From contig OZ024740.1 of the NCBI GenBank assembly GCA_964016885.1, forward strand, positions 380,618,001 to 380,682,000: DNA of 64,000 nt. The letters run 5' to 3'. The notes beneath the pieces were generated by a model. It was not told the DNA's origin. It saw nothing but the letters and a program-made list of their open reading frames with translations, and did no database searches. Position 1 is the first letter of the stretch, and each line of letters opens with the position of its first letter. Origin of the DNA: Eledone cirrhosa (taxonomy: Eukaryota). The translations under genes were made by a program, and so were the position numbers. This document shows, in pieces, positions 27,361 to 39,329 of this stretch.

Positions 27361-27402
27361 GTTGGTGCTGAAGAGTTAAAAAGGAAGAGGAAAGGAAATT
27401 AC

Positions 27403-29204
27403 TTACCTCTTCGTCTCCTGGGGACCAGGCTGCACAATTTCTATGGGGGTGTTGGAAGGGTTGTTTGGTGGGGTGGTGGTTTGTGGTGGGGTGAGGACAT
27501 CAGTGTGTGGTGGGATTAGGGTGTTTGGTGGGGTGTGGGTGTCTGATGTGGGGGTGGGGAAACATCTCAATAGGACGTGGTTAAGTGGTTTGGTGCAGTT
27601 GGTCCCCACATGCATTGGATGGTTCTTTTTCAAAGTTACATAAGTTTCCGTTGGGACCCTAATCATCATTAGGTGCGGTTTGTTCGCTGCGTAGGTGAAA
27701 GTGATCCCTTCGGTTTCCACCGAAGGGTTATTTTCTATTGCTTTCATCAACGTTTTATTGTTCTTGTTAATGTATGTATAGTGTTTTTGTTGTGTTGTGT
27801 TTGTTTTTGTTTGTTGTTCTTGTGCGTGTTTGCGTTTTGTAGTATGTGTTATGTTTTGGGGAGGGGTGTTTTTTTTTGTTTGTGATGTTTGTTCTGTTTG
27901 TGCTGGTGGTTGTGTGTTTGAAGCATTTTTGTTAATGTGGTGCCTTTTTTTTCCGTTTCACCTGTTGAAAGGGTTCTCCTTCGTCGTCACTGGGTGACGT
28001 TGATACGGATTCCTCTTCCGTGTTGTTGGGGAGGGGTATATTTTGGGGTTTTGTTGTGGTTGCTTTTGTATTTGTTTTAGGTGGGGAGGGGTTGGGTGGA
28101 ACAGTGTTTTGTGTTGTTATTTTTCCGTGTTGTTGTGGTTGTTATTGTTGTGGTGGTGGTGGTGGTGGAGGTTGTGTTGTGTTCGGGGTTGGCAGAAGAG
28201 CCTTTTTTTGACTCGTTAATTGAGGACAAGCAGCCCTCAGGTGACCTCTGCTTAAGCAGTGGTAACATGACGGCCGCCTTCCCTCCACTGAAATGTTTAT
28301 ATAAGTTAGCCCGTCCAGAGGCACGCGTTGTAGGATATTCGCTATTCGTTCTGGGCTCATTTGCACCAGAACTTCTACGCTGGTCCCACCAAATACATCC
28401 CCGGAGGACTTTCCTATTGAAATTATCTTGTCTTCATCAAAGTCAATGATTCCACATAGTATCCACCAAATATTTACATATGGTGTGATACTCATTATTT
28501 TTATTCTTTGTGTCCTTTTCCCCCTGTATGTGGGGAAAAAGGTGAAGCGGGGGGACACAATGGGTGATACCGAGTACTTTTGTGCTGTTGACTGGTTGTT
28601 CATTAGCACCGAAATGCTACCAAACAGTTTACATTTTTGTATGAAGGTTATGTCCTTCATTGCATCTTTTAGAACCAGTTCAATTTCATTTTGTGATAAT
28701 TGAGCTGGTTTTCTTGTTTCGTTCGATATTGTCCTGAAAACCACAGTTTTCAGGACAGCCTCTCTACGTTATTTCTGTGGAGAATTGATGCTAAAAGCAC
28801 CGTTTTCGCCAAAAGTCACGAATTGTTTTGCATCTTGTAATAGTTGTTTAGCATTTGTTATGTCTATTGGCGTGTATAGTTCGTTTTTTTTATAGTCTGT
28901 GCGAATGTTGTTTTGGTGTTGCTGTTTTTTTGTTGCTGCTGTTGTTGTCACTGTTGGTAATATTGTTCATCTTTTCTTTGCTGTTGCTATTGTTGCAGTT
29001 GTTGGTTGTGGTGTTATTGTCATTGTTCTTGTTGTTGGTGCTGGTATTATTTACCGGGTTTGGTTTCGTGGTTTCAATATTTTCAACGTTTTTCGATAAT
29101 GCGAGGGGGGAAGGCTGCAAGCTTTGTACTCCTACCTTCCCTCCACCACTTTTCTTAGTGGGCGTGGCACTCACGACAGTGTGCGAGGTGGAAATGGCAT
29201 CCAT
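27403..29204 (-). pseudogene. ORF1 (gag-like CCHC knuckle, low-complexity N/T/P tracts), disrupted
   Basis: Pieces 28890-29204, 28769-28951, 28142-28744, 27403-27750 upstream of ORF2. Confidence 0.8.
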
Positions 29205-29408
29205 TGCTGACTACAAAATCTACACAGTTTTTGAGATGAAAATGAAAATTTCGCCCCAGAAAGGGGCGAAAATTAGTTGACTCAACGTCTGACAGCCCAG
29301 GCAAGGGGTTAAACTAAACAATGTTATTAAATTGAGCAATGAACTCACAGTTTTTTTGACAATAATCCGTAAAAGTCCGGAGCGAAGTAATTCACGTCTA
29401 TATCAAGT

Positions 29409-30080
29409 GGTAATTGATATAGAAAGGGGGAATGGAAGAGAGTACCGTGTCGTAGATATATAGAGGCGAGAGATTGGTGTAAATTGATATAGAGAGGAGG
29501 GTTGGAAGAGAGTTCCATGTAGTAGATATAGAGAGGGGGAGCGTTTGGTGTTAATTGATATATAGAGGAGGATTGGAAAAGAGTTTCATGTAATATATAT
29601 AGGGAGGGGGAGAGTTTGGTGCTGATTGATATATAGAGGGGGAGAATTTGGTAGTGGTTGATAGAGTGAGAAGAAATGAGAGAGATTGATGTATGGTTGA
29701 TATAGAGTGGGCCGGATTTTGGTGGTAAAGAATAGAGTGAGGGGTATGTATTAAATATAGAGAGGGGGATTGGAAGAGAGTACCGTGTAGTAAATATAGA
29801 GAGGAGGGGGGTTTTGTGGTTGTAGATATACAGAGGGATAATGGGAGAGTGCCGTGTTGTAGATATAGCCAGAGTGAGTTTAGGGGTGATTGATATACGG
29901 AGGAGTGTAGATATGTATAGAATGTGAGAGAGTGTATTAGTCTTATATATAGAGAGTGGGATAAGAGAGGTGGTGTCGTGGTAGATACAGAGAGGGGTAC
30001 AGTTTGGTTTTAGTAGATACAGGGAGGGGGATTAAAAGAGAATTCTGTGTGATAGACATAGAGAGGAGGAGAGTTTGGTG
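29409..30080 (+). repeat. Degenerate purine-rich minisatellite (~31-bp units) interrupted by the LINE
   Basis: Recurrent gatatagagagg..gagagtttggt; a unit continues at 23671-23709. Confidence 0.75.
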
Positions 30081-30403
30081 GCACTCTCTGATCCCAAATA
30101 ATAAGACGGATGGCAATAATGGAGGGGGGGGGGGGTCTGGAAAAATCAGTAATTGTGTAGTGTACGTTCGTAAATATGGGATTTCTTGTAATGTTCTTTT
30201 GTCATATATGTTTTTTAATGTAAAATAAAATAATTATTAGATGCTTCAGCTGCTGTATCAATATGAATCACTTACAATAAAATTTTGCCGCAGATAGATT
30301 AGAAAAATGGGGGGGGGGGGTCCTACAAATTAATAGGGGGCGGGGGCGATTATTCAAGAACTGAGAGTACGTCAATTATTGACAGATGCAAGAATGGTTT
30401 TTT

Positions 30404-30620
30404 ATATAGGCACAAGGCCAGCAATTTTGGGAAAGGGAAGGTCGATTAAATCGACCCAGTGCATGACTTGTACTTTATTTTATCGACTCTGTAAGGATGA
30501 AAGGCAAAGTTAACCTCGGCGGGATTTGAACTTAGATCATAAATTCTAGATCATAAACTTTGATCATAAACTTAGATCATAAACTCTATGCTGCAAAGCA
30601 TGCGTCCGACCCTCTATCGA
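30404..30620 (-). mobile_element. SINE family A copy with internal (cttagatcataaa)x4 expansion
   Basis: Reverse complement of the 16311-type body. Confidence 0.75.
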
Positions 30621-30655
30621 AGAATGAAAACTCAATACCGAAGTAGTTTTTAAAT

Positions 30656-30780
30656 ATTCATTTATTATGGCTAAGCCCTGTTACTCTGGGGTCTCACCTG
30701 AGTACTCACCAGACAAGACTGGTGATCCTGTGAGTGCGCAGGTGAGTAACAAAGCTCACCCATAGCCATCATAAATGAAT
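30656..30780. repeat. Small fold-back (MITE-like) element
   Basis: attcatttattatggcta / tagccatcataaatgaat ends; nested ctcacctg/caggtgag and tcaccag/ctggtga stems. Confidence 0.6.
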
Positions 30781-31519
30781 GTGTATATATATATATATAT
30801 ATATATCAGATGAATAAATTGCTTGTAATACCAGTTTCTTACCAAATGCGAAGAAGCTCGATATATTAACCACTTAAGAAATGGTACAGAGCATATTCTT
30901 TGTTTAATTATATATACACAGTGGCAGTGGAACTGGGGGGGGGGGGGGGGGGTATGTCCCCCTCCAATAGTTATATTTTCTCCCCAAAATACCAAAACAC
31001 ACATCTATTTGGATATGCGTTACAATTTATGTACATGTTAAATTTATCGCATATCGATGTTTTCTGTCCATTTTAAAGTGCAAAGAGTTAAACTTATCTC
31101 TAAAACTAAATTGTCCAAATTTGCCCCACCCTACCCCACCCCTACCCCACCCACCTCACCCAATTCAGAAATGCTTCCACTGCCCACGATATTGGCGTAT
31201 GTGTGTGTGTCTGAATATATATATATATATGAGATCCGTGTACAACCGGAGGTAACCACAGTAAGCAAGGTACTCAGTTCTAGTCTTGGTAGAAGCCAGA
31301 TCTATATTAAATTTGTTTCAAAACATTTGTGTAATTGTGTCCTAGAAATATATTATAAATACATGTTTATCTTTAATCACTTCCACGTGTTAATCATGAA
31401 CATAAACTAAACAAAAACTATAGGGTTTCTCTTGTGCAAATCGTTAATCTTGGTGTGTATGGCATACCAAAGTTAGACTCCAAAAATTAAATTCCTTCAA
31501 CGCTATAATGCTCCCATTA

Positions 31520-31700
31520 TGGTGGATTGGCCGTATCGGTAGAGAGTCGAACGCCATGCTTTGCAGAGTTATGTCCCTTTACGGACTGAGTTCAAATCCC
31601 TCCAAGTTTAACTTTGCCTTTCATCCTTACGGGGTCGATAAAATAAAGTACCAGTAATGTACTGAGTAATTGCTGGCCTTGTGCCAAAAGTAGAAACAAC
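31520..31700 (+). mobile_element. SINE family A copy
   Basis: Similar to 16311-16502. Confidence 0.8.
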
Positions 31701-32404
31701 TATAAATATATATGTGTGTGTGGGTGTGTAAATTTATATCTATCTATCTATCTATCTATCTATCCGTCTCTCTTCTCTGTATATATATGATACACACACT
31801 CATATATATATACATATATATATATTTGAAACAAACAAATATCATTTTTCTAGTTGTCCACTCCCTTCCCCCTCTGCTGTCTTCCTCCTACTTCGTTTCC
31901 TTTAAGTTTTCGTACAAATTATTATATGTCAAGTGACTCATCTCTTAACCATGCTTCAGTTCTGTTAAAAATATTTCAGTAACATTAACCCCTTCCCCAG
32001 GGTTTTATTAGATTTTGATGAAATTCACTTTCTATTCTCTGTATGTATATATGTATGTATGTATGTTGGTAAATATGTATGCATGTATGCATTTATGTAT
32101 GTATGTCTATATACATACACATATATATGCATATATGTATATGTATGTATTATGTTGATAAATATATATGTATGTATTCATGTATGTATGTATATATGTA
32201 CATATATGTATGCATGTGTATGTATGTATGTATGTATATGTATGTATGTAAGTATGTATGTATGTACATATATATGTATGTATGCATGTACGTATGTATG
32301 TATGTATGTATGTATGTATGTATGTATGTATGTACGTATGTATGTATGTATGTACATATGTATGTGTGTATGTATCTATATGTGTGTATCTATATGTATG
32401 TATG

Positions 32405-32439
<35 letters not shown>

Positions 32440-32470
32440 CGTTATTCCGGGTTGAATCGGAGGTAACCAC

Positions 32471-32521
32471 AGATTCCTGATGATTTTTAAAGAATGAAAC
32501 AGTTCTAGTCCTGTAGAATCT
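32471..32521 (+). ncRNA. Type I hammerhead ribozyme motif with intact core
   Basis: agattc-CTGATGA-tttttaaagaat-GAAA-cag-ttctagtc-ctgT-A-gaatct: 6-bp stem I, 4-bp stem III, GUA triplet, weak stem II. Confidence 0.7.
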
Positions 32522-32615
32522 CATCTATATTAAAACTATATATATATATATATATATATACGTATGTATGTATTATATACATATGTATGTACGTATGTGT
32601 GTATGTATGTATTAT

Positions 32616-33216
32616 GTCAGGTCACCAGTTGGTGCTACTGGTAACATGTATCCCAGTACAACCTGACTCATGGTCGGGTCGTTGGTGACTAAACTGGCAA
32701 CCCCACCAAGGTTTCTTGGTGAGGAGGGTGACTTTGGACATCCTGCAGGACTAAAAAGAAAACCTGTCAAAGGGCAAAGGAGCTCTTAAGACTCAATGGC
32801 CATCCAAAATCACCGGGAGAGATGACCCCTTAGCCTTTGTCAAGGCAGAATTCTAGGAGAAGGAAAACTCTGATATAACACCTGCAACCCTGATGGTATC
32901 CAATGATGTTGACTTGTTCTTCTTTTTGGTAAATGTCATCTTGGTTAAGAGAGTGGGACTGGCTTTGTGCAGTGCCTTTGCTCACTATAAAAGCTTCACG
33001 GCACAAGCATTGCTTTATATCTGGAGATCTCTCTGCACTTGTCGTCACATGGTACAATGGGCCCAGCACTATGTGTCAATAATTGTCACAAGTGTAGTGT
33101 TTGTACCAGAGTTTTCAAGTCGCTGGCAGGACTAAAAACTCACACTCGTTCAGCGCATCGGTAACAGTTCTCCTACATGGATATAAAGTACTCGAAAACG
33201 AGTTGGCAGCCACCAT
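32616..33216 (+). mobile_element. ~600-bp non-coding retroposon (RTE-related non-autonomous candidate), longest copy
   Basis: Near-identical copies at 36599-37010 and 37099-37650, all in (TATG)n with a common 3' end gagttggcagccaccatgt. Confidence 0.7.
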
Positions 33217-33566
33217 GTATGCATGTACATATATATGTATGTACGTATGTATGTATGTACATATGTATGTATGTGTGTACGTATGTATGTATGTACGCAT
33301 GTATGTATGTATGTATGTATGTACGTACATTCTTTTATAGATTTATAGAAGTTATTCTTATCAGTATTTAAATCAGTGAACAATGAAGACATGACTGTTT
33401 TTGTTTAAGTCCAGACAGTTCCATGAATTTTAAATGAGTTTGTTTTTGTGCATATATGTAGATGTATGTAATAGCATTTATGTAATGAATGGCTACGTCA
33501 TGGTCATTGTATGTGTGTGTATGCAAGCACGGGGGTTTATTCTTTATGTAAATGTATGTATGACAC

Positions 33567-35699
33567 TATAGCGAGATTACTGGTTGTATGAATGTAACAA
33601 AACGAGACAATGTTTGTGTATATAATATTTAATTAACGGTAGATAGAATACTTGACATGTCAAAGATAGATGTTAGAATGAAACAAAGTTAGTAGTTACC
33701 GTTTTGATTGCCAGGCAAACGCGGCTGGCAGAGGGCGCCTGGCTAAGGCCAGGCGCCTGTTGGCCAAATTAATGGCAGAGCCAAATGAGAAGACTCTTGA
33801 CCTGGTGCCGAAAAGGCAAAGAGAGAGAGGAAGCCCAAAGCTGTTAGTTTTATAGGGCTCTGACCGGAAGTTGCAGAAAGGGTTCCACTTCCCGTCTAGA
33901 TCCTAATCAAAACAAGGGAGACAACCGCTACATAACCTCCCGCCAGAATTTTAGTGTATAAAAATCGAAATGAAAATATGTAGCAAGTTGGCGAGAATGT
34001 TGTAACAGGCATGAAAATTACGACAAAAGAATGTTTGGAAAAATCAATGATAGATATCAAGGTAGCCAACCGCTCTTGGCCAGAGAACGACTGGACATCC
34101 ATCTATCCATCACCCAAAGATACAATGTAATAAAGTAAAAGTAATAGAAGAGCTCAAAGTTCAAAATATAGTTCACAGGTGTGCAATCACATGACAGCTG
34201 GAAAGAAAGTGTGTTCCAGAGAATGAATGCAGGTGGTTTCTGTTCTGTGGTATATCGTGAAATTTCCAACCTCCGAATGGATTTTCTCACAGGAAGAGTG
34301 CTGCAAAAATAAATTCTCTGGCTTTGGTGAAGCTGTGTTGATGTATTGCTGTTGCTGTTATATTGCTGTTGCTGCTGCTGTTGTCTCGCTGAGTGAGCGT
34401 ATTCGGTGTTTAAACTCACAGTAAAAAAATTTTTTTTTAGAAAAAAATGAGTTGCGCAAAGTGCCAGAAATAGCAGCCGAAGTTGATGGTCGATGTTGAG
34501 AATGCGTTGACCTGGAAGGGTCAAGAGGCCAGCGACCAGAGAAATAAGCATTCCCAATAAATGCGCGGTTATCAACGGTAAATTTACATTGTAAATTTAT
34601 AAACCGGCAAATAGAAGAATATAGCTTAAGGCTGAAGAATCCTTGGGGGAGAAATGCTATCTCTGGCGTGCGGCTGTCTGTGAGTAAGAGACATCTCAGT
34701 GAATCGAGAATTTATGCTGCCTACACGTGCCAATACAAGGTTGAAAAAAAATATTTCTAACGCGCGAGAAAATGATAGTGCAATTTTGAAAGTGACAATG
34801 ATGAAAAAGAAAGGCTTCAATCAGCATAATTATAGGTGTGAACTTTTTGAAAAAAAAAAAAAAAAAAAAAACCTTGAACGATGAAGAAAACGAAGAACAA
34901 AAGGCAATGGTTCATCGAAAATAAATGTTCCTGTTGAAATGTTTTTTAAAGAATATCAAATTTCTTTTTTTTTTTTTTTTTTTTTTTTGTGTTTTGAAAG
35001 AGTTCGTTGTAAGAAACGAGAAACATATATATATATCGTGAAATGTTTTTTTTTGTTTTGAAAGTGTTCGTTGTAAGAAACGAGAAACATATATATATAT
35101 ATTGGTGAAATGCGACAGTTAATTGATGCGTGAGAGAAAAAGTATGTCTGTGCGAATTCCACATGTGCGTGTGTGCGTGTCCTTGAGTATTTTCATAGTT
35201 TGTCGCTAAATTTGCTGTGTATTCGTAATGTTACTCACAAAACCAGATGTGCTATTTTTTTCTTTTTTTTGGGGGGGGGTGACCACTTATAGCGATGAAC
35301 GGCTGCGTGTTCGTATCACGTCAGGGTTACCAATATAGCGGGAATACTGGTTGTATGAATGTAACAAAACGAGACAATGTTTGTGTATATAATATTTAAT
35401 TAACGGTAGATAGAATACTTGACATGTCAAAGATAGATGTTAGAATGAAACAAAGTTAGTAGTTACCGTTTTGATTGCCAGGCAAACGCGGCTGGCAGAG
35501 GGCGCCTGGCTAAGGCCAGGCGCCTGTTGGCCAAATTAATGGCAGAGCCAAATGAGAAGACTCTTGACCTGGTGCCGAAAAGGCAAAGAGAGAGAGGAAG
35601 CCCAAAGCTGTTAGTTTTATAGGGCTCTGACCGGAAGTTGCAGAAAGGGTTCCACTTCCCGTCTAGATCCTAATCAAAACAAGGGAGACAACCGCTACA
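33567..35699 (-). mobile_element. Non-autonomous LTR retrotransposon (TRIM/LARD-like)
   Basis: 366-bp LTRs 33567-33932 and 35334-35699 (2 differences seen); minus-strand ends TGTAGCG..CGCTATA; 4-bp TSD acac; PBS and short purine tract on minus strand; no recognisable pol. Confidence 0.92.
35301..35332 (-). promoter_or_regulatory. Primer binding site complementary to tRNA-Trp 3' end, extended to 32 nt
   Basis: + strand ggctgcgtgttcgtatcacgtcagggttacca vs recalled metazoan tRNA-Trp GGCTGCGTGTTCGAATCACGTCGGGGTCACCA; 1 nt from LTR. Confidence 0.85.
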
Positions 35700-36109
35700 A
35701 CACGAACTCGTAGTTTAGTGCATATATTAATTCCGAAGAACTCAAGTGAAGAAACCTAGGAATATATTGCAAATCTTCATTTCACAGCAAATTGAGTCAG
35801 TTTCTTGGAAAGCCTCAGCATTTCCAGGTTTATATTAAAAACTGTAGTTACATAGCCAGTTCGCTTATGATAATGAGTATAACGTGAACATATAGTAAGG
35901 TTACAATAGTTGTACGTTCCACATTAGTACAGCAATGTGCTTTCTTTTTCCTCAACCTAAAATGATACATTCTGATCCCCTAGGCAGTAGACCTCTACGA
36001 CAAATTGATGACATGTGTGTGTTGTAACATAGTTCTATATCAAGTCTGTTGTGCTTAAATTGAAATATTTCACCAGAATTCCTTATTTTGAAAGGCGTGA
36101 ATATATTCT

Positions 36110-36512
36110 AATTCTCATGTACTTTGGGCATGACCACCATTGCATGACCACGAGGATGACAAAGGCAGTTTTCTACGGAGAACTACGTCAAGGCAAGCGA
36201 CCCCCCCCCCCCCCCAAAAAAAAAACCGTTTCAAGGTCGAACACAAGTGCCAGCTGGTCCACCTGGTAGAAGAAAGAGAGAAATGGAGAGAGTCCATCAA
36301 AACAGCTGCAACCAGCTTTCAGAAGGGGAGGAAGGCGGCATCTAAAGACAAACATCAAAGATATCCACCACCCAACCACGAACTGACTAAGTATACATTT
36401 GCCCTAAATATACCAGAGCCTGTGTATCCAGGATTGGTCTCTACAGCCACCTCAGGTCTTGCCGCCGCGCAGAACAGAACAACAATTCTTTCCATTGATG
36501 TTTGCAAGTGTC
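36110..36512 (+). mobile_element. RTE-clade LINE 3' fragment
   Basis: FGH..RMTKAVFYGELRQGKR, EEREKWRESIK; followed by (ATGT)n. Confidence 0.75.
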
Positions 36513-36598
36513 AAGTATGTATGTATGTATGTATGTATGTATGTATGTATGTATGTATGTATGTATGTATGTATGTATGTATGTATGTATGTATGTAT

Positions 36599-37010
36599 GG
36601 GAGAGATGACCCCTTAGCCTTTGTCAAGGCAGAATTCTAGGAGAAGGAAAACTCTGATATAACACCTGCAACCCTGATGGTTTCAAATGATGTTGACTTG
36701 TTCTTCTTTTTGGTAAATGTCATCTTGGTTAAGAGAGTGGGACTGGCTTTGTGCAGTGCCTTTGCTCACTATAAAAGCTTCACAGCACAGGCATTGCTTT
36801 ATATCTGGAGATCTCTCTGCACTTGTCGTCACAGGGTACAATGGGCCCAGCACTATGTGTCAGTAATTGTCACAAGTGTAGTGTTTGTACCAGAGTTTTC
36901 AAGTCGCTGGCTGGACTAAAATGTCACACTCGTTCAGCGCATCAGTAGGGGTTCTCCTACATGGATATAAAGTAGTGGCCGTACTCGAAAACGAGTTGGC
37001 AGCCACCATG
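36599..37010 (+). mobile_element. 5'-truncated copy of the 32616-33216 retroposon
   Basis: Matches 32815-33216. Confidence 0.85.
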
Positions 37011-37066
37011 TATGTATGTATGTATGTATGTATGTATGTATGTATGTATGTATGTATGTATGTATG

Positions 37067-37097
<31 letters not shown>

Positions 37098-37098
37098 T

Positions 37099-37650
37099 AT
37101 GTCATCTCTCCCGGTGATTTTGGATGGCCATTGACTCTTAAGAGCTCTTTGCCCTTTGACAGGTTTTGTTTTTAGTCCTGCAGGATGTCCAAAGTCACCC
37201 TCCTCACCAAGAAACCTTGGTGGGGTTGCCAGTTTAGTCGCCAACGACCCGTCAAGGCAGAATTCTAGGAGAAGGAAAACTCTGATATAACACCTGCAAC
37301 CCTGATGGTATCCAATGATGTTGACTTGTTCTTCTATTTGGTAAATATCATCTTGGTTAAGAGAGTGGGACTGGTTTTGTGCAGTGAGTGGGACTGGTTT
37401 TCTTCACTATAAAAGCTTCACGGCAGAGGCATTGCTTTATATCTGGAGATCTCTCTGCACTTGTCATCACATGGTACCATGAGCCCAGCACTATGTGTCA
37501 GTAATTGTCACAAGTGTAGTGTTTGTACCAGAGTTTTCAAGTCGCTGGCTGGACTAAAAAGTCACACTCGTTCAGCGCATCGGTAGGGGTTCTCCTACAT
37601 GGATATAAAGTAGTGGCCGTACTCGAAAACGAGTTGGCAGCCACCATGTA
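37099..37650 (+). mobile_element. Copy of the same retroposon with inverted 5' segment
   Basis: 37101-37250 is the reverse complement of ~32676-32826; 37251-37650 matches 32840-33216. Confidence 0.85.
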
Positions 37651-37744
37651 TTATGTATGTATGTATGTGTATATATACATATGTATGTATATATATGCAT
37701 GTCTGCATATCTGTATATATGCGCGGGGAAATAGAAATAATCGG

Positions 37745-38036
37745 GCGGTTACACCACTGGGAGTGAAACCGCTCTAGCCTTTGTCAGGGCATTCTTCTAG
37801 GAGAAGGCAACTCAGGAAACTGGGATAACTCCGACATAAAACCTGCGGCTCAGTAGTTACTGATGATGTTGATCTTTTCTTCTTTTCGAATTATAGCTAC
37901 TGTCGTTCAGAGAGTGGGATTGGCTCAGTGCACAGTCTTTCCGCACAGGCATTGCACGATAGAATTAATTACTAATTACTAATAATGTTATATTGTGCAA
38001 TGGCCATACTCGATAACGAGGGAGCAGCCATCATGT
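37745..38036 (+). mobile_element. Diverged relative of the same retroposon family
   Basis: tagcctttgtcagggc..tctaggagaagg..gatgttga..agagtggga..tactcgataacgag..gcagccatcatgta. Confidence 0.65.
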
Positions 38037-38638
38037 ATGAATGTATGCTTCTCTCTTTTTCATAGTTTTGAATATATTTTTGACACGCCATCTTTCCAGC
38101 GGCAAGGATGTAAATATTTCCGTCGTTTCTCCTTTTGATCATAAAAATGCTTTATAGAGTTTGAAAGGTTCAGATATCCTGGCCACTCGTAGCTTATGAA
38201 TTAAGGAGCTGCCTTCTTCCTCCTAGAATCCAAGTTCAGTCATACTTTGGTCCATGCGAGTTAATAAATATTCTGTCGCTCCAGTAATAATGGGTATCTG
38301 AACGTGAATTATGTTTACTGATTCTGCAAACCCCTCTTCAATGGTTCGAAGTGTGTGTGTGTGTATGTGTACACACACACACACACACTCACACACAGAT
38401 ATATATATATATATATATATGCTTGAGGGCGGCCGACAGAGGTAGAAGCTGCTAATTAGCCGGTCGCCCTCCTGTCTCTGATTTTCAGCACCATGGATTT
38501 TATCTGTTATATTCCTTTGTTATAATTTGAATTACCTGATGATGTCACCGGATTCATACTGAACCCGGTCATTGAAATGATCCTAGTATAATAAACCTTT
38601 CAAGGATTTACACCAGTCCACCCTCCTGTTATTTTATA

Positions 38639-38675
<37 letters not shown>

Positions 38676-38975
38676 TATATTCTACATACATATACATAAA
38701 TACATATATACAAAGGTTAACTTTGGCTTTCGAGGTCGATAAAACGTAGCAGTCTAGTACTGGGGTCGATTCTTCCTCTCTCTGGAAGACATCCGCTGTA
38801 CTCAGACTTGGAGAGAGATGGGTTCCGTCAGGCTTAAAATACCAAAGAAACGCCGTATGTCAATACGGCGCCCCTACGACTGTACCAGGAGTCACAGGAC
38901 CATACATACATACATGTATATATGCACGTATGTATGTATGATCTTCTGGTTTTATTTTCAGCTATAGAGAGAGAG

Positions 38976-39055
<80 letters not shown>

Positions 39056-39329
39056 CCGGTTTCTTACATAGAAACAAGATTCTTTCATTGGAACTTAGAC
39101 ATCAAATCGGTATGTACGTATGTCTGCATGTTTCTCTCTCTCTCTCTCTCTTTTTTTTTTTTTTTTGCATGTATGAATGTAATTGCATATGTGTTCTGTA
39201 TGTGTTGAGTCATATGTGTACATGTTCATATGTTTCTGTATATATACATGTGTTACATGCTGAATTTCTGAAATCTTTTACATATATTTATTGTCCAATT
39301 AATGGATTGTGCATCCAACTTCCTAATTA

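Larger units (their letters stand above)
23710..29408 (-). mobile_element. Full-length L1/Tx1-clade LINE (ORF1 + ORF2), frameshifted
   Basis: ORF1 knuckle CYHCLSRGHLRAAC; ORF2 APE (MANIRVGCVNARGL, GDWN, YLDRFLV, SDHKLV), RT (YADD), CPRC..ETVAHAFVHC; TSD ggtaattgatata at 23697-23709 and 29409-29421. Confidence 0.95.

Noticed and set aside
34057-34575. 172-aa ORF inside the LTR element as gag
   Set aside because: No recognisable motif; crosses low-complexity tracts.
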